A stretch of 37,457 nt of DNA from Minisyncoccota bacterium. Its GTDB lineage: Bacteria; Patescibacteriota; Microgenomatia; Levybacterales; UBA12049. Under the pieces are notes generated by a model. It was given only the letters and a program-made list of their open reading frames with translations, did no database searches and was not told where the DNA came from. Of the stretch, positions 23,967-32,127 are shown piece after piece. Position 1 is the first letter of the stretch. Each line of letters opens with the position of its first letter. Location: contig JANWIQ010000053.1 of the NCBI GenBank assembly GCA_025449795.1, forward strand, positions 1 to 37,457. The letters run 5' to 3'. The translations under genes and the position numbers were made by a program.

Positions 23967-25130
23967 GTGAAAGTAAACGCTTCACTACAAGTACTTTCTG
24001 GCATAAGTGTTCATTTATTGAAGCCACTTTCTCCTGAGGATACCTATGCAATGCTTCTTCGCGAGGCAAAAAAAGCTTTTGGTATTGCTTCTGGGTCGAT
24101 ATTTCTCAGATACCGCGCCAGTTGGCACCGCGTCTACTCAACTGTTCCGCAAGACGGTCAAGTTACCCCTCGTGCAAGGGGATTTTCCTATAAAGTATTT
24201 GCTACCCAATCCCCCATGCTCGTAAGGAAAAAGCTATTTGTAAGCCATCACCCTGAGGCAAAGCATATTGCCATGGAGACGCTCCTTATTGTCCCCTTGA
24301 GCTATGGCGGCCGTCCGCTTGGTATTATGGCGCTTCGTACAGTTACCATAAAAACACTTACAAAAAAATTGCGCCACGGACTGCTTATGTACAGCTCTTT
24401 GGCAACGCTCGCTATTAAAAATACGCAGCTCTATGAAGAAAGCAAAGAAGCACTACGGATACGGGATTTATTTATTTCCCTTGCAGCACACGAACTTCGT
24501 ACGCCGCTCACCGCAATCAATGTCTACACACAACTTCTTCTCAGAAAACTTCGCGTCCTCAATTTCCCCTATTTGCAATGGGCGCAAGAGCTATCCGATG
24601 AGACATCCCATCTCATCCGTCTGGTAAACGAATTATTGAATGTTGACCTAATTCAACATGGCGTATTTTTTTACCAAATGAAACCCGTCTTGCTTGCGGA
24701 CGTGGTGCAGCGGGCTGTTCGGCAATTTTCCCTTACAAATCCCCTCTTCTCTGTGCATATAAAAAATCACGTGCAGCCAAGCGGAAAAATTATTGCAGAT
24801 CCAGACAAACTTCTCGAACTTTTTACCTGTATTTTGCAAAATGCGGGTAAATTTTCTCAAGAGAAAAAGGACATCGAGATAACCATTGAAGAGAAACCCA
24901 AAACAGTTTCTATTATCATTCAAGATAACGGGGTGGGTATCCTCACAAAGGATAAGGGAAAAATATTTGAAGCATTTTACAAAGGAAATAATGCCACATA
25001 CGAGGGCATGGGACTTGGATTATTTTTGAGTAAACGTATTGTGGAAAAACATAACGGTACGATTGTGATTGCACCCCGAAAAAGCAGAGGAACGTCAGTA
25101 GTAGTAACTTTTCCAAGAAAAACCATATGA
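23967..25130 (+). CDS. Cytoplasmic sensor histidine kinase with an N-terminal GAF-like domain
   Basis: 387 aa from a GTG start, no TM. H-box LAAHELRTPLTAI, N-box ILQNAGKFS, G-boxes QDNGVGI and GMGLGLFLSKRIVEKHNG. The first ~150 aa resemble GAF (LLIVPLSYGGRPLGIMAL). Confidence 0.85.
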   Translation: MKVNASLQVLSGISVHLLKPLSPEDTYAMLLREAKKAFGIASGSIFLRYRASWHRVYSTVPQDGQVTPRARGFSYKVFATQSPMLVRKKLFVSHHPEAKHIAMETLLIVPLSYGGRPLGIMALRTVTIKTLTKKLRHGLLMYSSLATLAIKNTQLYEESKEALRIRDLFISLAAHELRTPLTAINVYTQLLLRKLRVLNFPYLQWAQELSDETSHLIRLVNELLNVDLIQHGVFFYQMKPVLLADVVQRAVRQFSLTNPLFSVHIKNHVQPSGKIIADPDKLLELFTCILQNAGKFSQEKKDIEITIEEKPKTVSIIIQDNGVGILTKDKGKIFEAFYKGNNATYEGMGLGLFLSKRIVEKHNGTIVIAPRKSRGTSVVVTFPRKTI

Positions 25131-26278
25131 GTGCAGCAAGTGCTGAAATATCATGGAGTGCAGGTATTTCCCCGCGTATTATTGGGAAGGGGTCGAAGGT
25201 TGCATTTCCTCTGCGGCAGGACAACGCACCTCGGAGAAAAAATGCAGGCGTAAAACCAGAAGTGATTCCTGAGGCAGTAGTCCGTATTGCGCCTTTCTCT
25301 ACCACTCCTCTACCTGTTGCGCATGAAGTGTTGGAAAATCTCTACCGTGTTGGCGTCCAATCGCCGGAAGCAAAAGCAGGAATACGTCTTGTTGATGCCG
25401 TCCGTAAAGATTCCCATATTCAGACAGTTGCTTTTATGGGTCCTCCGGGTGCTGGAAAGACTACGGTGATTGAGCAATTCGTCGAGGCGTTATTCTTGCG
25501 TGCACAAGGTGAAATATCGGTGAAAATTACTTCATTTGATCCCGCATTCCAACGGATGATAAAATATCTGCCAAGAGAATTTTGGGAGAATGTCCATTGG
25601 AAATTTATTAATGATAGTCTTATTCTTACATCAAAAACCAAGGAAAGAAAAATGCGTGCAAGACGGAAATTGGGTCCTGCACGGGAGATAGAGATTATTG
25701 AAGTGCCTTTTATTGGAAGCAAAGCAACAAGTGATCGGGGGAGAAGTTTTGTAGAAAGAAGATGGCAAGAAGCGCAAGAAAGGGATGAAGGAGCCAGTAT
25801 GCTTTTTGTACCCTTTGTCCCTGTCGCGTCCGTTACAAGAAGAACAGCCTCATTTAGAGAAGAAATTAACCGAGCTTCAGGAATGGTTGAGCAAGTAGCG
25901 GTACTTGCAAAATACGGTATAGAAATCTCTGTAGATTTAGTAAGAAACGCCGGAAAACGGGCAAAAGAAATCATACAGGAAGTTATCCAGCAAGTGCTTC
26001 AGTCTGCAAGCAAAAAACAACTTGAGGTAGTTGTGCTGGATATGCGAAAAGAATTACGCGAAGAATTGCCAAACTTACCTCCACGATTTTTAGAAGAGTT
26101 TATTCTGCTTCCCCAAGGAGTACATTTTTCTCCTGACGAAGCGTATAACATACGACGTCATACATTTTTTTGGGAAAAGGAATTTGATGAGATGGGAATT
26201 CCGTCTATGCAGCGATATATTATGTGTAATCCTCCAATGCGAACTGTCCGCAGAAGTCCTATCCAAATGGCAGCATAA
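25127..26278 (+). CDS. Uncharacterised P-loop NTPase
   Basis: 383 aa. Walker A AFMGPPGAGKTTVIEQF and a possible Walker B EIEIIEVPF. The ATG overlaps the HK stop (ATGA). Confidence 0.65.
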   Translation: MSAASAEISWSAGISPRIIGKGSKVAFPLRQDNAPRRKNAGVKPEVIPEAVVRIAPFSTTPLPVAHEVLENLYRVGVQSPEAKAGIRLVDAVRKDSHIQTVAFMGPPGAGKTTVIEQFVEALFLRAQGEISVKITSFDPAFQRMIKYLPREFWENVHWKFINDSLILTSKTKERKMRARRKLGPAREIEIIEVPFIGSKATSDRGRSFVERRWQEAQERDEGASMLFVPFVPVASVTRRTASFREEINRASGMVEQVAVLAKYGIEISVDLVRNAGKRAKEIIQEVIQQVLQSASKKQLEVVVLDMRKELREELPNLPPRFLEEFILLPQGVHFSPDEAYNIRRHTFFWEKEFDEMGIPSMQRYIMCNPPMRTVRRSPIQMAA

Positions 26279-26297
26279 CCTTTGGTATACTTATAAT

Positions 26298-27365
26298 GTG
26301 AAGCGCTTTTTGCATATTGATTTTCTTCGTGCCGTTGCAATTCTCGCAGTGATTGTCATCCATGTATTTTCCGATAATCTTACGAGCAGACTCAATTTTT
26401 ATATATGGAATTATCTGCATGTGATTATTGTTGCATTTGTTTTTAGCTCGGGATACGTCCTCTATGCACACTATGCCTCCAAAATTACCAATTGGCCTGG
26501 TGCACTCATGTGGTATAAAAAAAGGCTGTTTCGGCTGCTTGTGCCTTTTTACTGGTATTTACTTCTGCATTACGCGCTTTTGTTGGCATTCCCCAGATTT
26601 TTTTCCGGACTTGGGTTGACATTTTCCTGGAGTTTTCTTCTCCAAAGCGTCACGCTAACGGGAGGCATTAGTCTCAATTGGTTACCGCTTCTTTTTTTGC
26701 AGCTTGCTGTTATTTTTCCCCCCTTGGTACTTTTGTTGCGCAAGCAGAAAAAAATATTTTGGCTATTTGTTGGTTTTGCCATCCTAACTACGATTGCAGG
26801 GAGCGTATGGCAATTTCCCTATAGCGAATATAGAAGTGTCATGTGGATTCCATGGTCACTTATTTTTCTTGCCTCCTGGTATTTTTATACAAAAGAGTCA
26901 TCCTTTGCTAATGCTACAGATGATAAACAAAAAAAACAATCAATTTTCCCTTACTTTTCCATATCGATAGCAAGTTTTATCGTTTTTATTTTTCTCTATG
27001 TCCTCTGGCAGCACCTAGGAAGGTCACTCACCCTTATCGACAATAAATATCCACCGAATATGTTCTATATTTCTTATGAAACAGCAGGAAGCTTTTTGCT
27101 GCTTGGAATAGGCCTCCTTCCTTTTTTCCAGCGACACTGGACAAGATTGTATTTATTTGTGAGCAGAAATTCCTATGGCCTCTTCTTTATTCATTATATT
27201 GTGATGGATTTCATGCTTTCCATAAATCATCTGTCAGGTGGGAGGATTTCGGTATGGGTACAAACCGATTTTGTCCTCTCTGTGAGTGTGGGTATTGCAT
27301 ACGTACTTTCCTATAGCCAAAAGTACTTACAAGCACATAGTCCATTCCTTACTGCAGCATCATAG
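26298..27365 (+). CDS. Acyltransferase family 3 (integral membrane O-acyltransferase)
   Basis: Start trimmed to GTG at 26298 (VKRFLHIDFLRAVAILAVIVIHV, the canonical acyl_transf_3 N-terminus). About 10 hydrophobic helices. Confidence 0.8.
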   Translation: MKRFLHIDFLRAVAILAVIVIHVFSDNLTSRLNFYIWNYLHVIIVAFVFSSGYVLYAHYASKITNWPGALMWYKKRLFRLLVPFYWYLLLHYALLLAFPRFFSGLGLTFSWSFLLQSVTLTGGISLNWLPLLFLQLAVIFPPLVLLLRKQKKIFWLFVGFAILTTIAGSVWQFPYSEYRSVMWIPWSLIFLASWYFYTKESSFANATDDKQKKQSIFPYFSISIASFIVFIFLYVLWQHLGRSLTLIDNKYPPNMFYISYETAGSFLLLGIGLLPFFQRHWTRLYLFVSRNSYGLFFIHYIVMDFMLSINHLSGGRISVWVQTDFVLSVSVGIAYVLSYSQKYLQAHSPFLTAAS

Positions 27366-27439
27366 ACACCTTACAAGTTCTTTCTTTGCTCTCACAAGAT
27401 TTTTGTCCATCTGTTATGTGCATGCCCTACCTTCGTTGT

Positions 27440-27964
27440 ATGGCCCAAACAATTATCGGAGTATTTGCAAATCGAGCAGATGCAGACGGAGCGATAGATG
27501 ACTTGCGACATGCAGGTTATCATCCACAGGATATCTCAATTGTCATGCGGGATAATGAAGAAGTCAGAAAAACTACAGTTGCCAGTCCCCCCGGTGAAGG
27601 GGTAGCTACTGGGGCAACTACAGGTGCCATTATTGGCGGAATTGCAGGACTTCTTATTGGAATTGGCGCGATTGCGATTCCTGGTATAGGGGCAGTGCTT
27701 ATTGGTGGGCCAATTGCAGCTGCGTTGGGAGCAACTGGCGCCGCTGTTACGACTATTTCTGGGGCTGCAACAGGGGCAGTTGCGGGTGGAATTATTGGTC
27801 TTTTAGGCGGACTTGGTGTACCAGAAGAAGAAGCTCGAGGGTATGAAGAGCGTATCCGTCAAGGTGCCATTCTTGTGGCAGTAAGTGCTCAGGATGATAG
27901 TGTTCGGGTAAAAAATATTTTAGAGGATAATAATGCCGAAAAAATTCGAGTTTTAAATACCTAA
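27440..27964 (+). CDS. General-stress protein, YflT/GSP17M-like N-domain plus glycine-zipper membrane segment
   Basis: Start trimmed to MAQTIIGVFANRADADGAIDDLRHAGYHPQDISIVM. Central GAIIGGIAGLLIGIGAIAIPGIGAVLIGG. C-terminal EEEARGYEERIRQGAILVAV. Confidence 0.8.
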   Translation: MAQTIIGVFANRADADGAIDDLRHAGYHPQDISIVMRDNEEVRKTTVASPPGEGVATGATTGAIIGGIAGLLIGIGAIAIPGIGAVLIGGPIAAALGATGAAVTTISGAATGAVAGGIIGLLGGLGVPEEEARGYEERIRQGAILVAVSAQDDSVRVKNILEDNNAEKIRVLNT

Positions 27965-27965
27965 T

Positions 27966-28331
27966 CTAGGACATTTTACAATATTTTTCTACCAAGACTA
28001 ACAGGTCTGCAATGTCAAATGGTTTTGCAAGAAAATCTTCGGCACCCACCTGTTTTGCTGACTTTTCACCACTTGGATGGGCAGAAATAATAACGATAGG
28101 AATATGCTTGGTCTCTGGTGTACTTTTTAATTCCTTGGTAACTTCTTTGCCATTTTTTCCCGACAAAAGCAAGTCCAGCAGGATAATTCCCGGTTTGAAA
28201 TGAATGACCTCCTGGATAATATTGTCTGCTTTTGTGAGTGAGCGGACGGTATAGTGCTCCGTTGACAAAATGAGCTCGACTGCCTCTAAGATATGCAAAT
28301 TGTCATCTACAAGAAGTACGCGCTTGTTCAT
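27966..28331 (-). CDS. Single-domain response regulator (CheY-like receiver)
   Basis: Start trimmed to MNKRVLLVDDN. Phospho-acceptor context ILLDLLLSGKNG, then PIVIISAH and AEDFLAKPFD. Confidence 0.85.
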   Translation of the reverse strand: MNKRVLLVDDNLHILEAVELILSTEHYTVRSLTKADNIIQEVIHFKPGIILLDLLLSGKNGKEVTKELKSTPETKHIPIVIISAHPSGEKSAKQVGAEDFLAKPFDIADLLVLVEKYCKMS

Positions 28332-28523
28332 GATCGTATACACCATACTAAATTTATCCCGCGTTGTAAAGTAAAAATACACAGAAAAGATGAGTTTGAG
28401 CTTTTCTTGCACTATTGTTACACAGTTTTGCCATAACCTTTACCAATAATTGATACGTTTACCATGATTTCTCAGCCCAGGCGGGAGATCAAAGAAATTT
28501 TTGTAAGATTGGGGGTGAAATAG

Positions 28524-28679
28524 ATGGCAAAAAGTAAAAGAGGATTAGCATCCGCAGATGAAGAAACACGAAAAAGAGTGGGACAAAAAGGCGGAAGGGC
28601 AAAGCATAAATTGCGAGGGCTTCAAGCAGCAAGTAGTGAAACACGACAACGTGTTGCGCGAATGGGCGGAAAAGCATAA
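28524..28679 (+). CDS. KGG-repeat stress-induced small protein (51 aa); not in the supplied ORF track
   Basis: GGGGGTGA RBS 5 nt upstream of the ATG. The product is MAKSKRGLASADEETRKRVGQKGGRAKHKLRGLQAASSETRQRVARMGGKA. This is two tandem copies of the RG(F/L)A..d.e.R..v...GG.A KGG motif, followed by a terminator. Confidence 0.7.
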   Translation: MAKSKRGLASADEETRKRVGQKGGRAKHKLRGLQAASSETRQRVARMGGKA

Positions 28680-28692
28680 CGTTTTTCAGAAA

Positions 28693-28720
28693 ACATCCCG
28701 TGTTGTGCGGGATGTTTTTG
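28693..28720. terminator. Rho-independent (bidirectional) terminator between convergent genes
   Basis: ACAUCCCG-UGUUGUG-CGGGAUGU stem-loop, flanked by an A-run (5') and UUUUGUUG (3'). Confidence 0.6.
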
Positions 28721-28724
28721 TTGC

Positions 28725-29222
28725 TCACTCCATCCGTGAAGAAAGTATCTGTTGTGCAGGATGAAGCGTAACGATTTGTGTACGAGGATACAGAAGAATC
28801 TTTTGAAAAAGAGTCATTGTTTTGGAAAGGGCTTGGGTAAGAAAAACTTTGTCTTGCTCGTCTATGCCAATTTCTATGTGAAACGTACCGTACGGGTCTC
28901 TATTCCAGTTCCATCGTGTCATACCGCTAAACGTTGCTTCAGAAAATCCGGTATTAATTTTTGCCAGGCAAAGATATTCAAGCAAAATATGCTCGAATAA
29001 ATGTCCAAGCTCTGTAGAAATAACTTCTTTATAAAATGGAATATTTTCTTCATTAAAGCACTTTGACCTGAAAATAGTTGGTAGGTCTTTTTTTAACATT
29101 TGGCGAATAAAGGGCATCTGTGTGGTCGTGACTTCGTCCCCATAGAGCATGATGGTAAAGGTAATAGTAGCGGGAGAATCTGCAAAAGAGAGAGAAAAGT
29201 AGGGAGAAGTAAGGGATGGCAT
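28725..29222 (-). CDS. Hypothetical protein (165 aa) with an HxxEH motif
   Basis: Clean ORF with no convincing competing frame. ELGHLFEHILLEY resembles the inverted zincin motif of M16 peptidases, but the protein is far shorter than an M16 domain pair. Confidence 0.5.
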   Translation of the reverse strand: MPSLTSPYFSLSFADSPATITFTIMLYGDEVTTTQMPFIRQMLKKDLPTIFRSKCFNEENIPFYKEVISTELGHLFEHILLEYLCLAKINTGFSEATFSGMTRWNWNRDPYGTFHIEIGIDEQDKVFLTQALSKTMTLFQKILLYPRTQIVTLHPAQQILSSRME

Positions 29223-29405
29223 AGCATGCTGTTACGGAAGGATTACTTCTCTCTTACCGTAATCTTACCTCTTACTATACCCGCAGCCACGCATTCTGTC
29301 AAGCAAGCACACAGCCTTTTGTTTACACTCCTCATACCCTTCCTTTAGGCAACCTTGATGTAAAAGTTTTATTTCTAGATAGGGATATCTTGAGGGAGGT
29401 GAAAT

Positions 29406-29618
29406 ATGGCCTATTCATATAAGAATAACAAAGGACTTACCTATTATCTGCATCGCAAGGTAGTGACGCTTCGTGGCGGAAATAGACAACAGACAATATA
29501 TTACTTTGCCAAACAAGCGGGAAGTGATGCAATTGACGAAGTGCCTGAAGGATTCCATGTGGTGGAAAATCAAAAAACAGGACTTCCCGTGTTACGCAGA
29601 AATGAAAATAAAAAATAA
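29406..29618 (+). CDS. Hypothetical small protein (70 aa)
   Basis: Strong RBS GAGGGAGGTGA 4 nt upstream of the ATG. Basic, with no motif recognised. Confidence 0.6.
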   Translation: MAYSYKNNKGLTYYLHRKVVTLRGGNRQQTIYYFAKQAGSDAIDEVPEGFHVVENQKTGLPVLRRNENKK

Positions 29619-29619
29619 T

Positions 29620-30288
29620 TTAAATTCTGTCGGGAAAATCCGTAATAATACCGTCGACATGGATCTGTTTTAGGCGAGTAATTTCTTTGGGATCATTCGC
29701 TACCCAGGCAAAAATTTGCAGGCCGAATTGATGCGCAAGCGTGACCGTTTCTTTTGAAACATGTTGTAACTTTAGCTGCACAGACATGGTATTGTGAAAT
29801 CTTGCTGCAAGCTTGATAAAGGTAGTAGGAAGAAAAAATATCAGTAAAGATGTTGCAATATGGTTATTTAATTTACTTATGGTGAAAAGGGTTCTGGGAT
29901 TGTAGGTGGTGACCAAAAACGCGTCATACGAACGGCCTTTTTGGACTGCATGCTCAATAGCCGCAACGACTTCTTCGGTTGCTTTTGTGTCTTTTATATC
30001 GATGTCTATTCGGACATGAGGAGGAATGATGGCAATCGCTTCGTTGAGGGTTGGAATTTTCTCATTTTTTGCAATATGGATTCGTTGCAAATCCACCAGA
30101 GAAATACTTTTTAGTCTAATTTTTTTCGACTGGATAAACTTATCATGGATTACTATTGCTTCACCTGTTTTACATCTTCGTACATCCAGCTCTACCATAT
30201 CCACGCCCAATTCTACTGCTTTCTTAAATGCGCTGAGGGTATTTCCAACTTTATACCCTGAGGCTCCCCTGTGTGCGATTTTTAACAT
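29620..30288 (-). CDS. Glycerophosphodiester phosphodiesterase (GDPD family)
   Basis: Start trimmed to MLKIAHRGASGYKVGNTLSAFKKAVELGVDMVELDVRRCKTGEAIVIHD (HR...E.D signature). The longer tracked ORF would overlap obg. Confidence 0.85.
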   Translation of the reverse strand: MLKIAHRGASGYKVGNTLSAFKKAVELGVDMVELDVRRCKTGEAIVIHDKFIQSKKIRLKSISLVDLQRIHIAKNEKIPTLNEAIAIIPPHVRIDIDIKDTKATEEVVAAIEHAVQKGRSYDAFLVTTYNPRTLFTISKLNNHIATSLLIFFLPTTFIKLAARFHNTMSVQLKLQHVSKETVTLAHQFGLQIFAWVANDPKEITRLKQIHVDGIITDFPDRI

Positions 30289-30301
30289 ATTAGGTATTGT
30301 A

Positions 30302-31276
30302 TCAGGAAGATATGAAAGCCTCCAGAGTTTTGTGCAAAGTAGTAAGCGACGCATCATCCAAGATGCTAACAGTAAAAACCTTCTTCTGTAGTACATTTTC
30401 CATATCTTTTACTTTTTTCTCTGCTTCCTCAGGGGCAATGAGGTCTGTCTTTGTAAGAAGAATTATTTCGGGTTTTTCCAACATAGTTGGACTATATGCG
30501 CCAAGTTCTTTACGTATGGTAGTGTAGGAGTCGATGCTTTGTGTATTAGTACAGTCAATGCAGTGGACAAGAAGCTTGGTTTTTTCGGTATGCCGAAGAA
30601 ATTCTGTGCCAAGCCCTTTCCCTTTGGATGCGCCCTCAATAAGGCCCGGAATGTCTGCGAGTGCAATATTTCCCATCATCCCAATATTTGGTTCAAGCGT
30701 CGTAAAGGGATAATTGCCTATTTTTGGGGTTGCATTCGTGAGTGCTTGTAAGAGGCTACTTTTGCCTGCATTGGGTAATCCAATAAATCCAATATCGGCA
30801 ATGATCCGAAGTTCTAGGTGTAATTCTTTTTCCTCGCCTACTGTCCCCTTCTCTGCATAATGGGGAGCCTGGTCCGTTGCAGTTTTGAATTCATTATTCC
30901 CACGTCCTCCTATGCCTCCCTTAGCAACGAGAATTTTTTTATTTGTTTCTGTTATTTCAAACTGTTCGTGTGTATTGGTATTGGTAACGAGTGTACCAAG
31001 AGGAATTTTTACCACAAGGTCTTTGCCATTTCTGCCAAAAAGATTTTGTCTTCCGCCTTTAATGCCATTTTCCGCAGTAAGACTTTTTTTAAAGCGAAAT
31101 TCTTGCAAACCCAAGATATCGTCAATGCCCTGAAAATACACATTGCCCCCATTGCCGCCATTGCCCCCGTCTGGGCCGCCGCGTGCTGTTTGGGCATTGC
31201 GTCGAAAATGGACTGACCCATTTCCCCCATTTCCAGCTTTCACACTAATAGTCACTGTGTCAACTAACATGTCCAC
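30302..31276 (-). CDS. obg: GTPase Obg/CgtA (short form, no C-terminal extension)
   Basis: 324 aa. Obg-fold Gly-rich N-domain (VKAGNGGNGSVHFRR...GGPDGGNGGNGGNVYF) and G-domain (GLPNAGKSSLL, YPFTTL, DIPGLIEGA, LTKTD). Confidence 0.93.
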   Translation of the reverse strand: MDMLVDTVTISVKAGNGGNGSVHFRRNAQTARGGPDGGNGGNGGNVYFQGIDDILGLQEFRFKKSLTAENGIKGGRQNLFGRNGKDLVVKIPLGTLVTNTNTHEQFEITETNKKILVAKGGIGGRGNNEFKTATDQAPHYAEKGTVGEEKELHLELRIIADIGFIGLPNAGKSSLLQALTNATPKIGNYPFTTLEPNIGMMGNIALADIPGLIEGASKGKGLGTEFLRHTEKTKLLVHCIDCTNTQSIDSYTTIRKELGAYSPTMLEKPEIILLTKTDLIAPEEAEKKVKDMENVLQKKVFTVSILDDASLTTLHKTLEAFISS

Positions 31277-31314
31277 ATTGTATCATGAATTACACTGAGT
31301 GCTCTGCCTTTCCC

Positions 31315-31339
31315 AAACGTACACCTCGGGAGTGTACTT
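31315..31339 (+). repeat. Left hairpin repeat flanking the Y1 transposase gene
   Basis: AAACGTACACCTCGGGAGTGTACTT. It contains the hairpin GTACAC-CTCGGGA-GTGTAC. Its reverse complement recurs at 32060-32084 (24/25 identical). Confidence 0.8.
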
Positions 31340-31372
31340 GACAGAGAGAAAAAGTAAGGCAATAATGGTTGT

Positions 31373-32059
31373 ATGCCAGGTAGATTGGTTCCTTTGGTGA
31401 AAGGTGAAATGTATCATGTATTTAACCGGGGCATAAATAAGCAGATCATCTTTACCTCACAAAGAGATTACCGGAGAGTACTTGAAGTACTTGAATTTTA
31501 TTCCTATAAGAAGCCTCGCCTAAGTTACTCCAAATATTTACTATTGCATCCTGAAAGCCAACAATTATTTTTTGAAGAATTACGAGAAAGTGGCGAAAAG
31601 ATAGTTGAAATAATTTCTTACTGTTTTATGCCTAACCATTTTCATTTGCAGCTTCGTCAATTAGATGAAAATGGTATATCTATATTTTTAGGTAACCTAC
31701 AGAATAGTTACACGCGCTACTTTAATACGAAGTATCACAAAATTGGACCACTACTTCAAGGAAGATTTAAGGCAATTTTAATTGAAAATATGTTTCAGTT
31801 ACTTCATGTTTCTCGATATATTCATCTCAATCCTTACTCCTCAGGTATTTGCCAAACAGCGGAAGATCTTTTGAAGTATCCTTGGTCTTCCTTGGGGGAA
31901 TATATTGCAGATAGCAATACTACCTCGCTCTGCACAAAAAGGGATGTTCTTTCAGAATTTAATGCATCAAGTTATAAGGATTTTGTTTTAGATCAAGCAG
32001 ACTATCAAAGAGAATTAGACCAAATAAAACACGTGTTGCTTGAAGATGAAGATTTTTGA
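31373..32059 (+). CDS. Y1 (HUH) transposase, IS200-like / RAYT family
   Basis: 228 aa. YHVFNRGINKQIIF, HUH motif CFMPNHFHLQL, catalytic-Tyr block VSRYIHLNPYSSGI, and YPWSSLGEY. This is the typical Y1_Tnp/RAYT pattern. Confidence 0.85.
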   Translation: MPGRLVPLVKGEMYHVFNRGINKQIIFTSQRDYRRVLEVLEFYSYKKPRLSYSKYLLLHPESQQLFFEELRESGEKIVEIISYCFMPNHFHLQLRQLDENGISIFLGNLQNSYTRYFNTKYHKIGPLLQGRFKAILIENMFQLLHVSRYIHLNPYSSGICQTAEDLLKYPWSSLGEYIADSNTTSLCTKRDVLSEFNASSYKDFVLDQADYQRELDQIKHVLLEDEDF

Positions 32060-32084
32060 AAGTACACTCCCGAGGTGTATGTTT
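32060..32084 (-). repeat. Right hairpin repeat (inverted copy) flanking the Y1 transposase gene
   Basis: AAGTACACTCCCGAGGTGTATGTTT is the reverse complement of 31315-31339 with one mismatch. Confidence 0.8.
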
Positions 32085-32127
32085 AAAGAGGGTTTTCTGG
32101 GTATATGGGTTTTGATATACTCATAGA

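Larger units (their letters stand above)
31315..32084 (+). mobile_element. IS200-like / REP-associated tyrosine transposase (RAYT) unit bounded by inverted palindromic repeats
   Basis: A single Y1-transposase gene bracketed by inverted copies of a 25-nt hairpin-forming sequence. The left copy ends 33 nt before the ATG, and the right copy starts immediately after the TGA. Confidence 0.65.

Noticed and set aside
28489-28764. Tracked ORFs 28489-28728 (minus) and 28558-28764 (plus).
   Set aside because: A third frame encodes a textbook KGG-repeat protein with an RBS and a terminator. The tracked ORFs run through that terminator and have implausible composition.
15408-30396. Over-long starts in the ORF track for several genes: 15408 (true 15561), 23511 (23577), 26184 (26298 GTG), 27386 (27440), 28412 (28331) and 30396 (30288).
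   Set aside because: Each extension overlaps the preceding gene or lacks similarity, while the canonical family N-terminus starts at the internal codon given in the features.
31315-32084. The idea that the RAYT flanking hairpin and the 94-114-nt efflux-operon elements are the same repeat family.
   Set aside because: I found no shared sequence between GTACACCTCGGGAGTGTAC and the elements. The link is kept only as an untested possibility.
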